A DNA stretch of 64,000 bases, taken from the NCBI GenBank assembly GCA_963708185.1, contig OY970195.1, positions 32,001 to 96,000 of the forward strand, read 5' to 3'. This DNA is from Candidatus Peregrinibacteria bacterium (GTDB taxonomy: Bacteria > Patescibacteriota > Gracilibacteria > UBA1369). Shown here in pieces: positions 31,760-46,217 of this stretch (positions are counted from its first letter, which is position 1; every line of letters begins with the position of its first letter). The notes beneath the pieces were generated by a model. It did not search any database. It saw only the letters and a list, made by a program, of their open reading frames with translations, and was not told where the DNA came from. The position numbers and the translations under genes were made by a program.

Positions 31760-31957
31760 TTAGATTGTTTTGGCGAGAGCGTCCCGGATAGCGTTTTGTT
31801 GTCGCAGGACGTCTTTCTCTTCGGACGTGAATGTCCGCTGTTCATCCTGGCGGGCCAGGTGAGCGGGAATGATGAATTCGTGGCCTTCATGAGCATCGGC
31901 CGGGGGTCGCGAATCTTTCCGGTCGAAATAACCGATCTCCAAACGTGTCTCTTCCAT
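31760..31957 (-). CDS. Small hypothetical protein
   Basis: 65-aa ORF packed tightly between rpsG and the MFS gene. Confidence 0.5.
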   Translation of the reverse strand: MEETRLEIGYFDRKDSRPPADAHEGHEFIIPAHLARQDEQRTFTSEEKDVLRQQNAIRDALAKTI

Positions 31958-31966
31958 AGATAAAAA

Positions 31967-32422
31967 TTAGTATCTGGCGTAGTGAGCGAACGCCTTGTTG
32001 GCCTGGGCCATGCGGATGGTGTCATCCTTTTTCTTGATGGCGTTGCCTTCGTTGTTTGAGGCCATGAGCAGCTCGTCGGCGAGTTTTTTGGCCATGGGCT
32101 GTCCTTTCTTACCGCGGGCGGATTCAAGAATCCAGCGGAAGGAAAGCATGAGCTGGCGGCCGGGTTTGACTTCGATGGGGATCTGATAAACGGCTCCGCC
32201 GATACGCTTCGGGCGGATCTCGAGTGCTGGTTTGACGTTTTCAATCGCTCGTTCAAAAACTTTCACCGGTTCCTTCTGTCCCTTTTCGGTCAGTACATGC
32301 ATGGTGTCCTTGAAGATTTTGCGGGCGATGTTCTTTTTCCCGGCTTTCATGATGTAGTTGATGAATTTTTCCTGAAGAGGGTTTGAACCTTCGGGGATGA
32401 ATGTCGGACGTTTTTGTGCCAT
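31967..32422 (-). CDS. rpsG: 30S ribosomal protein S7
   Basis: KFINYIMKAGKK..RIGGAVYQIP..MAQANKAFAHY. Confidence 0.97.
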   Translation of the reverse strand: MAQKRPTFIPEGSNPLQEKFINYIMKAGKKNIARKIFKDTMHVLTEKGQKEPVKVFERAIENVKPALEIRPKRIGGAVYQIPIEVKPGRQLMLSFRWILESARGKKGQPMAKKLADELLMASNNEGNAIKKKDDTIRMAQANKAFAHYARY

Positions 32423-32467
32423 TGTTATGAAAATTTAGGATGGTAGGGTTTCTTCGATTGGATCGGT

Positions 32468-32881
32468 TTAGCCTTTTGGCTTCTTCTGGCCGTAGAGAGA
32501 ACGGCTCTGTTTGCGGTTCTGGACGCCCTGCGTGTCGAGTTTTCCGCGGACGATGTGGTAACGCACACCCGGAAGATCCTTCACGCGACCGCCGCGGATG
32601 AGGACCACGGAGTGTTCCTGAAGGTTGTGCCCTTCACCAGGAATGTAGGCGTTGACTTCAACACCGTTGGTGAGGCGGACCTTGGCGAATTTGCGGAGCG
32701 CCGAGTTCGGTTTTTTTGGAGTCATGGTGCCGACCTTGATACATACGCCGCGTTTCTGGGGGCAGTTCAGGCTGAAATCACGGTTTTTGATCGTGTTCAT
32801 GATGCTGAGCAGCGCCGGAGCTTTACTCTTTTTGAGCTTGTTGCGGCGGGGTTTGCGGATAAGTTGGTTGATGGTTGGCAT
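32468..32881 (-). CDS. rpsL: 30S ribosomal protein S12
   Basis: [30 protein letters not shown]. Confidence 0.99.
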   Translation of the reverse strand: MPTINQLIRKPRRNKLKKSKAPALLSIMNTIKNRDFSLNCPQKRGVCIKVGTMTPKKPNSALRKFAKVRLTNGVEVNAYIPGEGHNLQEHSVVLIRGGRVKDLPGVRYHIVRGKLDTQGVQNRKQSRSLYGQKKPKG

Positions 32882-32946
32882 TTTTTGGCTTTTTAGAATG
32901 TGAGAACGATGCAGCTTTAGGCAGGTTGTTGCCTGCGTGCTGGGTT

Positions 32947-32975
32947 AATTTACACGCAGGCAGATCGAATTGCAA
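32947..32975 (-). promoter_or_regulatory. Putative sigma70 promoter for rpsL-rpsG
   Basis: TTGCAA-17 nt-TAAATT on the minus strand. Confidence 0.45.
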
Positions 32976-32985
32976 GAGCAGTTTC

Positions 32986-36948
<3,963 letters not shown>

Positions 36949-37017
36949 GTGGATGGAATTAATAAGTTATAATAAATTATTTTTGAAAATTGTGCGTGGA
37001 TGCGTTTTTTTAAACTT

Positions 37018-37539
37018 TTACAGTCCCAGGTCGTCGTCGATTCCGACGTTTCCCGAGGCGTTTGCTGCTGCGCCCACCGGTTCTTTTTCACTTTTTTCGG
37101 CTTCGGCTTCGGTTGGGGCTTTGGGAGCGGGTTCGCGGCGAGGATGTTCCTCCACGTGCATTTCCTGGACTCCCTCTTCGGGAATGTAGTCTTCACTTCC
37201 GCTTTGCTGACGTTTTTCAAGCATGATCATGTCCTGGATGACGATTTCAGTCTTGAATTTCTTGATACCTTCCGGGGTGTCCCAGCTGCGGGTCTTGAGA
37301 TATCCTTCGATGTAGACGAGTTTTCCTTTCTTGAGGTACTGTCCGCAGATTTCCGCGAGCCGTGACCAGGCAACGATTTCATGATATTCGCTCGAGGTGT
37401 GCCTTTGGCCGTCCCGCGTGACCCATTCACGGTTGGTGGCGATGCCGAAGGTGGTAACGGACTGTCCGTTCGGGGTCTGACGTACTTCAGGGTCGCGGGT
37501 GAGATTTCCGACTAAAATAACTTTATTAACACTACGCAT
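37018..37539 (-). CDS. ssb: Single-stranded DNA-binding protein
   Basis: SVNKVILVGNLTRDPE..VYIEGYLKTRSW..; acidic C-terminus ending DDDLGL. Confidence 0.95.
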   Translation of the reverse strand: MRSVNKVILVGNLTRDPEVRQTPNGQSVTTFGIATNREWVTRDGQRHTSSEYHEIVAWSRLAEICGQYLKKGKLVYIEGYLKTRSWDTPEGIKKFKTEIVIQDMIMLEKRQQSGSEDYIPEEGVQEMHVEEHPRREPAPKAPTEAEAEKSEKEPVGAAANASGNVGIDDDLGL

Positions 37540-37608
37540 AGGAGGGGTGGGTAAGGATAAGGAGGGAAAGAGAGATTGCCGTTGGGGACGGCAATGGTTG
37601 GTCCGGAT

Positions 37609-40600
37609 TTATTCTTCTTCTTCCAAGAGTTCTTTTTCCAGTTTTTCGGCTTCGGCAAGTTCTTCAGCCGTAGGCCCTTCAATGCTTTCGAAGTCGACTT
37701 CAGGCTCTTCTTCGACGTATCCTTCGTCGCCTTCCTGTTTTTCTTTGACTCCCATTTCTTTCTCTTCTCCTTCTTCTTTTTCTTTCAGTTCATCAACATC
37801 CTCTTCTTTGATTCCCGGTGCGCCTGCGAGAACGGGTTCGACTTCCGCTTCCATCATCTTTTCCACTTCGCTGTCGACTTCCGGGCGGTTCGGATCGTTT
37901 TCGTTGAGGAATGCCGTTTCTTCGGATTCAGCCTGGGCGAGCGTGTACTCTTCCTCTTCCTTGAGCAGGTCGGCTTTTTCAGTGACCTGGAGCTGGACGT
38001 TCAAACCCAAAGACTGAAGTTCTTTCACCAACACGTTGAACGATTCAGGTGTGTGAGGTTTGCGGATGGCTTCGCCTTTGACGATGGATTCGTATGCTTT
38101 GGCGCGTCCGTAGACGTCATCGGATTTGATGGTAAGCATTTCCTGAAGAGTATGCGCGGCTCCGTAGGCTTCGAGCGCCCATACTTCCATTTCTCCGAAA
38201 CGCTGCCCTCCGTGCTGGGCTTTACCTCCGAGAGGCTGTTGGGTGACGAGTGAGTATGGTCCGACGGATCGTGCGTGGATCTTGTCTTCAATCAAGTGGC
38301 TGAGTTTCATAATGTAGGCGATACCTACGGTGGTTTCGTGATCGAACGGCTCGCCGCTCAGACCGTCATAGAGCTGGATCTTTCCGTCTTCCGGAAGATC
38401 GGCTTTTTTGAGGAGTTCGGTGATCTGCTCGGTGGTGATACCGTTGAGGGCGGGCGTCGCAACTTTGATGCCGAGTTTGCGTGAAGCCCAACCTGCATGC
38501 GTTTCAAGAATCTGACCGATGTTCATACGTGCCGATACGCCGAGCGGGTTCAAAATGACGTCGATCGGTGTTCCGTCCGGAAGGAACGGCATGTCCTCCT
38601 GAGGAACGATGATGGAGATGACACCCTTGTTTCCGTGGCGGCCCGCAACCTTGTCTCCGATGGAGATCTTGCGGGTCTGGGCGACGTTGACTTTAATCTG
38701 CTGGTTCACGCCGGTCGGAAGTTCGTCTCCGTTCTTGCGTGAGAAAATCTGGATGGCGACGATTTTCCCGCCTTCACCGCCGGGGAGGCGGAGCGAGGTG
38801 TCTTTGACGTCGCGGGCTTTTTCACCGAAGATGGCGCGAAGCAGTCTTTCTTCCGCGGTGAGTTCGGTTTCGCCCTTCGGGGTGATCTTGCCCACGAGGA
38901 TGTCTCCTTCACGGACCGTCGCACCGATGCGGATGATGCCGTTTTCGTCGAGATCCTTGAGGCGCGCTTCACCGACGTTCGGGATGTCACGGGTAATGAT
39001 TTCAGGTCCGAGCTTGGTGTCGCGGACGTCCATGGTGAATGTTTCAATGTGGACGGAATCAAAAAGGCCGTCTTTCACGACGCGGTCGGAAATGATGACG
39101 GCGTCTTCAAAGTTGTATCCCTGCCATGACATGTAGGCCACGAGGACGTTCTGACCGAGCGCCAGTTCACCGTTTTCGATGGCCGGACCGTCGGCGAGGA
39201 CGTCGCCTTTATGAACGCGTTGGCCTTTGTTGACGCGGGCGCGCTGGTGGATACAGGTACCCTGGTTGCTGCGTTCGTAGCTGAGCAGTTTGTGGATGGC
39301 TTTTTTCCCGGAGTCGTAAATGATCGTGATTTGTTCGCCGTCGACGTAGGAAACGGTTCCGTTGTCTTCAGCCAGGAGAACCTGACCGGAGCTTTTTGCC
39401 ACCACTTCCTCGATGCCCGTTCCAACCACCGGAGCGGAAGGAGTAATGAGCGAGACGGCCTGACGCTGCATGTTCGAACCCATGGATGCACGGGTGTTGT
39501 CGTCGTGTTCAAGGAACGGAATGAGTGAGGTTGTTTCTGAAATAATCTGTTTCGGAGACACGTCGATGTGCGTGATGTCTTCGACGTTGGCCATGGTCGG
39601 GTCGCTGTTCTTGCGTGCCGAAACCAGGTTGGCCATGATTTCGCCCTTGTCGTTAAGTTCGGTATTGGCCTGGGCGATGACGAGATTGCGTTCTTCGTCG
39701 GCGTCGTAATAGCGGACGTGTTTGGTGATGTACGGACGGACGGCGATTTTGTCGATGGCGAGTTTTTCGATCTCCTTGGCGAGTTTGGCGTCGACCTTGG
39801 TGCCGGATTTCGCAATCATCTTCTTGCTCTTGGGATTGCTGACGCTTTCGGTCAAGGTTCTTCCTTCAAGATCTTTGGCTTTGTTCATGACAAAGTGCGC
39901 AACCTCGCGGAAAGGAGTTTCAATGAAGCCATACTTGTTGACGCGGGCGTAAGTGGCCAGATGCACCACGAGACCGATGTTCGGACCTTCCGGCGTGGCA
40001 ATCGGGCAGATGCGTCCGTAGTGGGAAGGATGCACGTCGCGGACGTCGAAGGACGCGCGTTCACGTGAAAGACCTCCCGGACCCATGGCCGAAAGACGGC
40101 GCTTGTGGGCGAGTTCAGCCAGCGGGTTGGTCTGGTCCATGAACTGGGAAAGCTGTGAGCTTGCGAAGAATTCACGGAGCGCCGCCGTGATCGGTCGGGA
40201 GTTGATGAGCTGGGTCGGAGTGACCGTTTCCAGATCCATCACCGTCATGCGGTCCTTGGCGATGCGGTCGGTTCTCAGCAGACCGACGCGGAATTTATTC
40301 TGGACGAGTTCGCCGACCGCGCGGATGCGGCGGTTGGAGAGGTGATCGATGTCGTCCGGCTGCAACTCTCCGTTGTTGAGGCGGATGAGGTATTTGATGA
40401 TTTCAATGAGGTCTTTCACCTGGAAGGTGTGGAACTCCTTGGTGTTTGGAATATCGGATTTGAAGCGCTTGTTGAGTTTGTAGCGCGCTACCGGTCCCAT
40501 GTCGTACTTGCGGTAGTCGAAGAACATGGACTGGATGAGCGATTTCGCATTTTCCGGCGTGGCGAGATCGCCCGGGCGGATCTTGCGGTAAATGCTCTGG

Positions 40601-41808
40601 TAGGCTTCGTCAACGGTCTTGGCGTTGTCTTTTTCCAGGGTGTTGAAAATGTAGTCGTGTTGAGGATCCATCGTCACGTCCTTGAAAAGATCGAGGATCT
40701 CCTTGTCCGTTGAGTATCCGAAAATACGGAGGAGGGAAGTGATGGGGATCTTGCGTTTGCGATCGATCTTCACGGTGATGACGCCTTTCTTGTCGGTTTC
40801 GATTTCGAGCCAGGCGCCGCGCTTTGGAATGATCTTGGCGTTGTGGACGCCTGGAGCGGCGCTGTTCTTGGAGAAGAACACGCCCGGTGAACGAACGAGC
40901 TGACTGACGACGACGCGTTCGATGCCGTTAATAATAAAGGTACCGCGGTTGGTCATGAGCGGGACTCCTCCAAGGAAGACATCCTGTTCCTTGATTTCTC
41001 CGGACTCCTTGTTGATCAACTGGACATGGACCTTGAGCGGAGCTTCGTAGGTCAGGTTCTTGTTCTTGCAGGTTTCGGCGTCCCACTTCGGATCGCCGAT
41101 GGAGTGTTCCAAAAAGTGAAGTTCGAGTTTTTTTCCGGAAAAGTCGGAGATCGGATTGATTTCGTCGAGCAGTTCGCGGATGCCGTCTTCCAAAAACCAG
41201 CGGTAGGAATCGATCTGGATTTCGATGAGGTTCGGAAGGACGACTTCCTGGTCCAAACGAGGATTCAGATATTTGCGGTTGCTGGACTCTTTCATCACGA
41301 TGTTCTCTTTGGGGAGAAGCTTGGTGATCTCTTCGGCAACGCTCGTGGAAGTCTTCATCTTGGCGGTAGCCTTGGCGACTTTGGCCTGAGCGGCTTTGAC
41401 GGCTTTTTCGTCAATGACGGGAGCCTTCCTGGCACCCGGACGGCCGTGGCCCTGGTAGTGTTTTCTCGCTTCCACCTTTTTTTCAGCCTTCGGAGCAGGT
41501 TTCTGTACGGGCTTGGCGGCTTTTGCCGGTTTGGTCGCTTTTGCGGGCTTGGCAGCTTTGACCGCTTTGCTCTTTTTGACGATTTTTGCAGCCGGTTTTT
41601 TTGCCTTTGGAGCGGCTTTTTTCATTTTCTTCGCCGGCTTTACAGTTTTTTTGGCGGCCTTGGCTGTCTTTTTTACCTTAGCCTTTGTCGGTTTTGCCGC
41701 CTTCTTGGAAGGCTTTGCCGCTTTTTTTGCGGGCTTCTTCAAAGACTTCGTCACCTTTTTAGCGGCTTTTGCCGTCTTCTTTGGTGACTTCGATGTTTTC
41801 TTGGCCAT
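37609..41808 (-). CDS. rpoB: RNA polymerase beta subunit with K/A/P-rich N-terminal and E-rich C-terminal extensions
   Basis: [44 protein letters not shown]; likely start MAKKTSK at 41808 (ORF open to 41856). Confidence 0.98.
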   Translation of the reverse strand: MAKKTSKSPKKTAKAAKKVTKSLKKPAKKAAKPSKKAAKPTKAKVKKTAKAAKKTVKPAKKMKKAAPKAKKPAAKIVKKSKAVKAAKPAKATKPAKAAKPVQKPAPKAEKKVEARKHYQGHGRPGARKAPVIDEKAVKAAQAKVAKATAKMKTSTSVAEEITKLLPKENIVMKESSNRKYLNPRLDQEVVLPNLIEIQIDSYRWFLEDGIRELLDEINPISDFSGKKLELHFLEHSIGDPKWDAETCKNKNLTYEAPLKVHVQLINKESGEIKEQDVFLGGVPLMTNRGTFIINGIERVVVSQLVRSPGVFFSKNSAAPGVHNAKIIPKRGAWLEIETDKKGVITVKIDRKRKIPITSLLRIFGYSTDKEILDLFKDVTMDPQHDYIFNTLEKDNAKTVDEAYQSIYRKIRPGDLATPENAKSLIQSMFFDYRKYDMGPVARYKLNKRFKSDIPNTKEFHTFQVKDLIEIIKYLIRLNNGELQPDDIDHLSNRRIRAVGELVQNKFRVGLLRTDRIAKDRMTVMDLETVTPTQLINSRPITAALREFFASSQLSQFMDQTNPLAELAHKRRLSAMGPGGLSRERASFDVRDVHPSHYGRICPIATPEGPNIGLVVHLATYARVNKYGFIETPFREVAHFVMNKAKDLEGRTLTESVSNPKSKKMIAKSGTKVDAKLAKEIEKLAIDKIAVRPYITKHVRYYDADEERNLVIAQANTELNDKGEIMANLVSARKNSDPTMANVEDITHIDVSPKQIISETTSLIPFLEHDDNTRASMGSNMQRQAVSLITPSAPVVGTGIEEVVAKSSGQVLLAEDNGTVSYVDGEQITIIYDSGKKAIHKLLSYERSNQGTCIHQRARVNKGQRVHKGDVLADGPAIENGELALGQNVLVAYMSWQGYNFEDAVIISDRVVKDGLFDSVHIETFTMDVRDTKLGPEIITRDIPNVGEARLKDLDENGIIRIGATVREGDILVGKITPKGETELTAEERLLRAIFGEKARDVKDTSLRLPGGEGGKIVAIQIFSRKNGDELPTGVNQQIKVNVAQTRKISIGDKVAGRHGNKGVISIIVPQEDMPFLPDGTPIDVILNPLGVSARMNIGQILETHAGWASRKLGIKVATPALNGITTEQITELLKKADLPEDGKIQLYDGLSGEPFDHETTVGIAYIMKLSHLIEDKIHARSVGPYSLVTQQPLGGKAQHGGQRFGEMEVWALEAYGAAHTLQEMLTIKSDDVYGRAKAYESIVKGEAIRKPHTPESFNVLVKELQSLGLNVQLQVTEKADLLKEEEEYTLAQAESEETAFLNENDPNRPEVDSEVEKMMEAEVEPVLAGAPGIKEEDVDELKEKEEGEEKEMGVKEKQEGDEGYVEEEPEVDFESIEGPTAEELAEAEKLEKELLEEEE

Positions 41809-41943
41809 ATTGAAAGAAGAGTGAATAAAATTGCGGAAGTTGTGAAGTGCTTTCATCGTTTAGGATTAAGGCTCTTCAACTGCGCTATCGCTCATAACTC
41901 ACTCTGTGCTCTCTATATAGAGAGGGGTCTGATAGCTTAGTCC

Positions 41944-41971
41944 ATTTTATTTATTTTTGACCTTATGTCAA
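41944..41971 (-). promoter_or_regulatory. Putative sigma70 promoter of rpoB
   Basis: TTGACA-16 nt-TAAAAT on the minus strand. Confidence 0.6.
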
Positions 41972-42000
41972 ATTACTTTTCATAGTTTGTTATCTATGAG

Positions 42001-42028
42001 TTGACAAAATTGCGTTTCTTGGTATGTT
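42001..42028 (+). promoter_or_regulatory. Putative divergent sigma70 promoter
   Basis: TTGACA-16 nt-TATGTT upstream of the 42090 ORF. Confidence 0.45.
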
Positions 42029-42089
42029 GTCAGCTATTTTGGGTGGGATTAGGTTCATTGAAAGACTGTTTTTTTGCAGGTAATGATCT

Positions 42090-42716
42090 GTGATAGATCC
42101 CCGAGGTGATTCATGGCAGTGTCATGGTGATGCTTTCATGTTCCAAAGGAAAATCACAGATGTCTTGCCTGCAGGAGGTGTTATGAATAAAGCGAGTGAT
42201 TTTTTTCAAGCTGAAGTCATGGAGGTGATTGCCAACGGCAATGTTGAAGGTTTCCGTCTTCTGGTGAGAACCTCACCGGAAAAGCTTCAGCAGGCCATTG
42301 ATTCGTCGAATCACTTCCGGAGGTTTATCCTTTGCGATCTGATGGATCCGTCGCGTTACACGGCAAAAGACATGTTTTACACGTACAAAATCATGGAGGA
42401 CGATGAATGCGGGAATTTTTTGAGAAAAATTCTCCCCGGAGCGCGTCAGGCCTATCTTTTTTCGAGACTCAATCACGGTCACCGCGGAGAGTTGGCCAAA
42501 TTTGCACAGACCGACCGGGCAGCCACCTGCGAGGTGGTTCGTTTGTACATCGACAGGCAGAGGTTCTTCAGCAACGACCAGCTGATGTTCGTTTTTGAGC
42601 ATTTCCCCGAGCTGAAGGAGCAGGTTGCCAAAAAAATCGTCGAGGTGACCTTCGGCGAGCAGCTTCCGGATTGCGGGCACTATCGCAAGTTCTTTACACT
42701 TCTTCCTTCGGGTTGA
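42090..42716 (+). CDS. Hypothetical protein
   Basis: 208-aa ORF downstream of a promoter-like element; start uncertain. Confidence 0.55.
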   Translation: MIDPRGDSWQCHGDAFMFQRKITDVLPAGGVMNKASDFFQAEVMEVIANGNVEGFRLLVRTSPEKLQQAIDSSNHFRRFILCDLMDPSRYTAKDMFYTYKIMEDDECGNFLRKILPGARQAYLFSRLNHGHRGELAKFAQTDRAATCEVVRLYIDRQRFFSNDQLMFVFEHFPELKEQVAKKIVEVTFGEQLPDCGHYRKFFTLLPSG

Positions 42717-42882
42717 GGTAAGGACACCATCCACAAGGCAAGACAATGCGGCCGGGTTGAGTTGATATTTCTTATACTCCCCGGTCGTTTTGCCTTTTTC
42801 GATACTCAATGTTTTCATCCAAAGACCCCGGATATTTCCGGGGCCTTTGGATTTCGATGGTCTCTGTTTTTGAATGGAAGGT

Positions 42883-44115
42883 CTAGACTGCGAAATTCTT
42901 GAAAAAGAAGTTGCGGACCATGTAGTTGAAGACGCCGTCGGATTCGTGGCGGCTCTGGTGATCGGTGATTTCGGCGATGGCGTTGGCGAACTGGATGACG
43001 ACGACTTCATCCGGGGTGGCGACTCCGGTGTTCACTTTGTGGAACCATACCGCGGGATCGGAGTTCACGAGAAGATCGTCATGGGATGTCGAAGTATTGT
43101 AATAGTTCACTTTTTCCAGAGGCTGGCTGTAGAAGTCCTGGATGGAGAGTTTGTCCGGATTCGGTTTGACTTCGATGCTGATATCGAGCATGTCGTGATT
43201 GGATCCGGCAAAAAATTTGAGCATGTCTTGCACGTCGCCGCTGGAGATCAGCAAAGACTGGGGATATTTGGTGGCATAACCGATCAGAGCGTTTGGATGT
43301 GCGTCATCGGTAATGGTAAAGTTCGGCGTGCCGGAACTTTCGGCGAAAGTGTAGTTGTAGAGTGAAACGTTAAACGGGATGATGGTGTCGCCGAAGATGC
43401 TGCTTTGTTCCTGAATGTCGTTCGGGAAATTGTCCGATACGGCCTTGGCCCGGTAAATGAGCTGGGCGAGCTGGCCGCGGGTCAGGTTTTGTGCCGGATA
43501 GAAAGGGTTGCCGCTTGTGGCGTGGGTGTAGCTGCCGGCGTCATAGAAGTTTTTGAGGGCCGCGAAGTTGACGTAAACCGCGAACCAGTCCGTGCTTTTG
43601 ACGTCGGAAGCGATCGATCCCGAATTGGGAAGATTGCCGTGAGTCACTGCATATTGCATCGTCGTATCGTTATAGAACTCTTTCATGACGATCTTGTAGG
43701 CTTCGGCTTTGTTGATGTTGTTGCCCGGACGGAAGTAACCGTCGGGATATCCCTGGACCGTTCCGCGTTGGCGGGCGAGCGCTACGTATTTTGCATACCA
43801 TTCGGTTTTCGGGGTGTCCGGAAACATCGCAGCGGTTCCCATGGCGGTGTCTGCATTTTTTTCATTGCCGTCGGCAAGAAAAATCATTTTTAACATTTCG
43901 GCGCGGTTGACCGGGTTATTGGGGCGGAAGGTTCCGTCACCGTAACCCTGGACGACACCGTTGAGGGTCAGCCAGTTGATGGCTTTATAGTAGGGGTCCG
44001 TGCTCGAGACATCCGTGAATTTTACGCCGCTCGCGGCATTGGCTATTCCCAGGCTCATCATGCCGGCAACGGTGGAGGCAATGAGGAGCAGGGAAATTTT
44101 TTCTTTTATTTTCAT
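42883..44115 (-). CDS. Secreted S-layer homology (SLH) domain protein
   Basis: Signal peptide; FTDV..GVVQGYGDGTFRPNNPVNRAE, GYPDGYFRPGNNINKAE, FYPAQNLTRGQ (three SLH repeats). Confidence 0.88.
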   Translation of the reverse strand: MKIKEKISLLLIASTVAGMMSLGIANAASGVKFTDVSSTDPYYKAINWLTLNGVVQGYGDGTFRPNNPVNRAEMLKMIFLADGNEKNADTAMGTAAMFPDTPKTEWYAKYVALARQRGTVQGYPDGYFRPGNNINKAEAYKIVMKEFYNDTTMQYAVTHGNLPNSGSIASDVKSTDWFAVYVNFAALKNFYDAGSYTHATSGNPFYPAQNLTRGQLAQLIYRAKAVSDNFPNDIQEQSSIFGDTIIPFNVSLYNYTFAESSGTPNFTITDDAHPNALIGYATKYPQSLLISSGDVQDMLKFFAGSNHDMLDISIEVKPNPDKLSIQDFYSQPLEKVNYYNTSTSHDDLLVNSDPAVWFHKVNTGVATPDEVVVIQFANAIAEITDHQSRHESDGVFNYMVRNFFFKNFAV

Positions 44116-44181
44116 AAATGGAAGTTAAAAAATAATGGGGTTGATAATATTCATAACGATCGTATTAGTGAGATATTACAC

Positions 44182-45480
44182 CTATCCGTTCAGGGCGTCG
44201 AGCGGCTGCATGTGTGCCGCCTGGTTTGCCGGGATAAAGGCGAAAAGCATGCTCAGGAAAATCGAAAAAAGAAATATTCCCAGCAGGCTGAAGAAATCGT
44301 TGGCGAAAATGGAGGCCGGCTTTCCCGAAACGTCCGGGAGCAGGTTTTGGGCGACGAGATTCATGACGAACTCTCCTGCGAGTCCGATAAGTATGCCGAT
44401 CACTCCGCCGATGACTCCCAGGATCCCGGCTTCGGTGAGGAACATTTTCTGGATATGGCCGCGGGTGGCTCCCAAAGCCCGGAAAATACCGATCTCTTTT
44501 CTGCGTTCGGAGGTTGCTGAAAAGAAGGTGTTGGCGATCATCAGTCCGGCGACGATGAGAATGGTGATGCTGATCATGCTCAGGCCGAAGTTGACGAAGC
44601 GGAAGTTCTGTTCGAAGGTCTTGATCTGCGCCTGGGCCGAAGTGACGTCCAGTCCCATGTTTTCGATGGTTTTCTGAACGGCGTCGGTGTTTTCGGCGCT
44701 GTCCGTTTCCACGTAGAGACGGAGGTAGCTGTCGGTGTAAGCCTGGTCACGGTCCTGATTGAGCTTGCGCACGACGTTGATGGGAAGGGTGACGCCCACC
44801 AGCGTGGTTTTGTCCGAAAATCCGATGAGTTTCACCCTGATGGGATTGCTCGTGGTGTTGATGTTGTTCAAAAAGGTGGATTCATCGGGGAGCAGCGTAA
44901 ATTCGATGCCGGTGAGATCTTTTTCGGTAAGATGCGGCAGGCTGGTGGAGTTGGCGATGGTGAAGTTGTAGAGGTCGATGATCCTGCGCGAAAGGATGGC
45001 GGGATACGGTTGCTCGGGATAGTTGGCGACGGCGTCGTTCCATTCCGACTGGAGTTGGGGCGTGTCGAGCGTGTCCTGGATGTAGTCCGTGGGCAGCCCG
45101 AAGATCATGGTGTCGGTCTGGAAGGTTTGTCCGACGAGGCCTATCTGCAGGGAGCTTACGTTGTTGTAACTCATTTCGGGGAAGACGCCGGTGACGTGGG
45201 GGATTTTTTCGATCTGTTTCGTCATGTCCGGCGTGATGCGCGCTTTGATTTCACTTGTGGGGATGAGACTCAGCAAAGCGTTGCCGGCGTTTTTGCCCTG
45301 GACGGTAAGTTCGGTGAGCGGACCGGTATCAAGAATGTTGGTGTAGATGGCCTGGTGGAGTCCTGAACTCAGGCCCGTGAAAACGACGAGCGAAGCGATG
45401 CCGACCATCAGTCCGAGCGTGGTGAGGAAGGTGCGCAATCGCTGACTCATCAAATTTTTCAGGGCGAGACGGTAATACAT
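44182..45480 (-). CDS. ABC transporter permease, MacB/FtsX family
   Basis: RTFLTTLG..ERRKEIGIFRALGA..PANQAAHMQPLDAL. Confidence 0.92.
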   Translation of the reverse strand: MYYRLALKNLMSQRLRTFLTTLGLMVGIASLVVFTGLSSGLHQAIYTNILDTGPLTELTVQGKNAGNALLSLIPTSEIKARITPDMTKQIEKIPHVTGVFPEMSYNNVSSLQIGLVGQTFQTDTMIFGLPTDYIQDTLDTPQLQSEWNDAVANYPEQPYPAILSRRIIDLYNFTIANSTSLPHLTEKDLTGIEFTLLPDESTFLNNINTTSNPIRVKLIGFSDKTTLVGVTLPINVVRKLNQDRDQAYTDSYLRLYVETDSAENTDAVQKTIENMGLDVTSAQAQIKTFEQNFRFVNFGLSMISITILIVAGLMIANTFFSATSERRKEIGIFRALGATRGHIQKMFLTEAGILGVIGGVIGILIGLAGEFVMNLVAQNLLPDVSGKPASIFANDFFSLLGIFLFSIFLSMLFAFIPANQAAHMQPLDALNG

Positions 45481-45482
45481 AG

Positions 45483-46217
45483 TTATCTGGTGAATTTGCT
45501 GAAGGTGTTTTTTTCCAGGAGCCGGCCGTCTTTTATCTCCACGACTCTTTCCGCATACTTGGAGATTTCGCGATCGTGGGTGACCACGATCAGCGTCATG
45601 TTCTCGTTTTTGTGGAGCTGTTTGAGCAGGTCGATGATGCTTTTTCCGGTGACGGAATCGAGGTTGCCCGTGGGTTCGTCGGCGAGAAGGATGTGAGGTT
45701 TGTTGATGATGGCCCGTGCGATGGCGGCGCGTTGTTTCTGTCCGCCGGAAATTTCGGACGGACGATGGTTCATACGTTCGCCGACCTCCACGGCTTCAAG
45801 CAGCTGTTTGGCTTTTTTCTGCATGGTGGCCTCTTTGCGTTTTTTTCCGCCGGCGAACATGAGAGGAACTTCCACGTTTTCCAGCAGCGTGAGATGGGAC
45901 TGGAGGTTGAAGTCCTGGAAAACGAAACCGATTTCTTTGTTGCGGTATCGTGAAAGATCGCGGTCCTTGAGCGCGGCGAGATTTTTTCCTTCTACGATGA
46001 CTTCGCCTTCGGTGGGTTTGTCCAGTCCGCCGATGAGGTGGAGCAGGGTGGATTTTCCGGATCCCGAAGGTCCGACGATGGCGACGAACTCACCGTCCGC
46101 GATGGAAAGGTTGATGCCTTTGAGGGCGAGTACCTCTTCATCGTAGGTTCGGTAGATCTTTTTGACGTTTTTGAGTTCGATCATTGGCGCTGGGGTAACG
46201 GTTTTTGAGTGTCCCAT
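45483..46217 (-). CDS. ABC transporter ATP-binding protein (LolD/MacB-like)
   Basis: GPSGSGKST, ISGGQKQR, LADEPTGNLD, VTHD. Confidence 0.95.
   Translation of the reverse strand: MGHSKTVTPAPMIELKNVKKIYRTYDEEVLALKGINLSIADGEFVAIVGPSGSGKSTLLHLIGGLDKPTEGEVIVEGKNLAALKDRDLSRYRNKEIGFVFQDFNLQSHLTLLENVEVPLMFAGGKKRKEATMQKKAKQLLEAVEVGERMNHRPSEISGGQKQRAAIARAIINKPHILLADEPTGNLDSVTGKSIIDLLKQLHKNENMTLIVVTHDREISKYAERVVEIKDGRLLEKNTFSKFTR

Noticed and set aside
41500-41800. Repetitive DNA resembling a tandem-repeat array or CRISPR
   Set aside because: Degenerate codon-level repeats of Lys/Ala/Pro; no constant repeat with unique spacers
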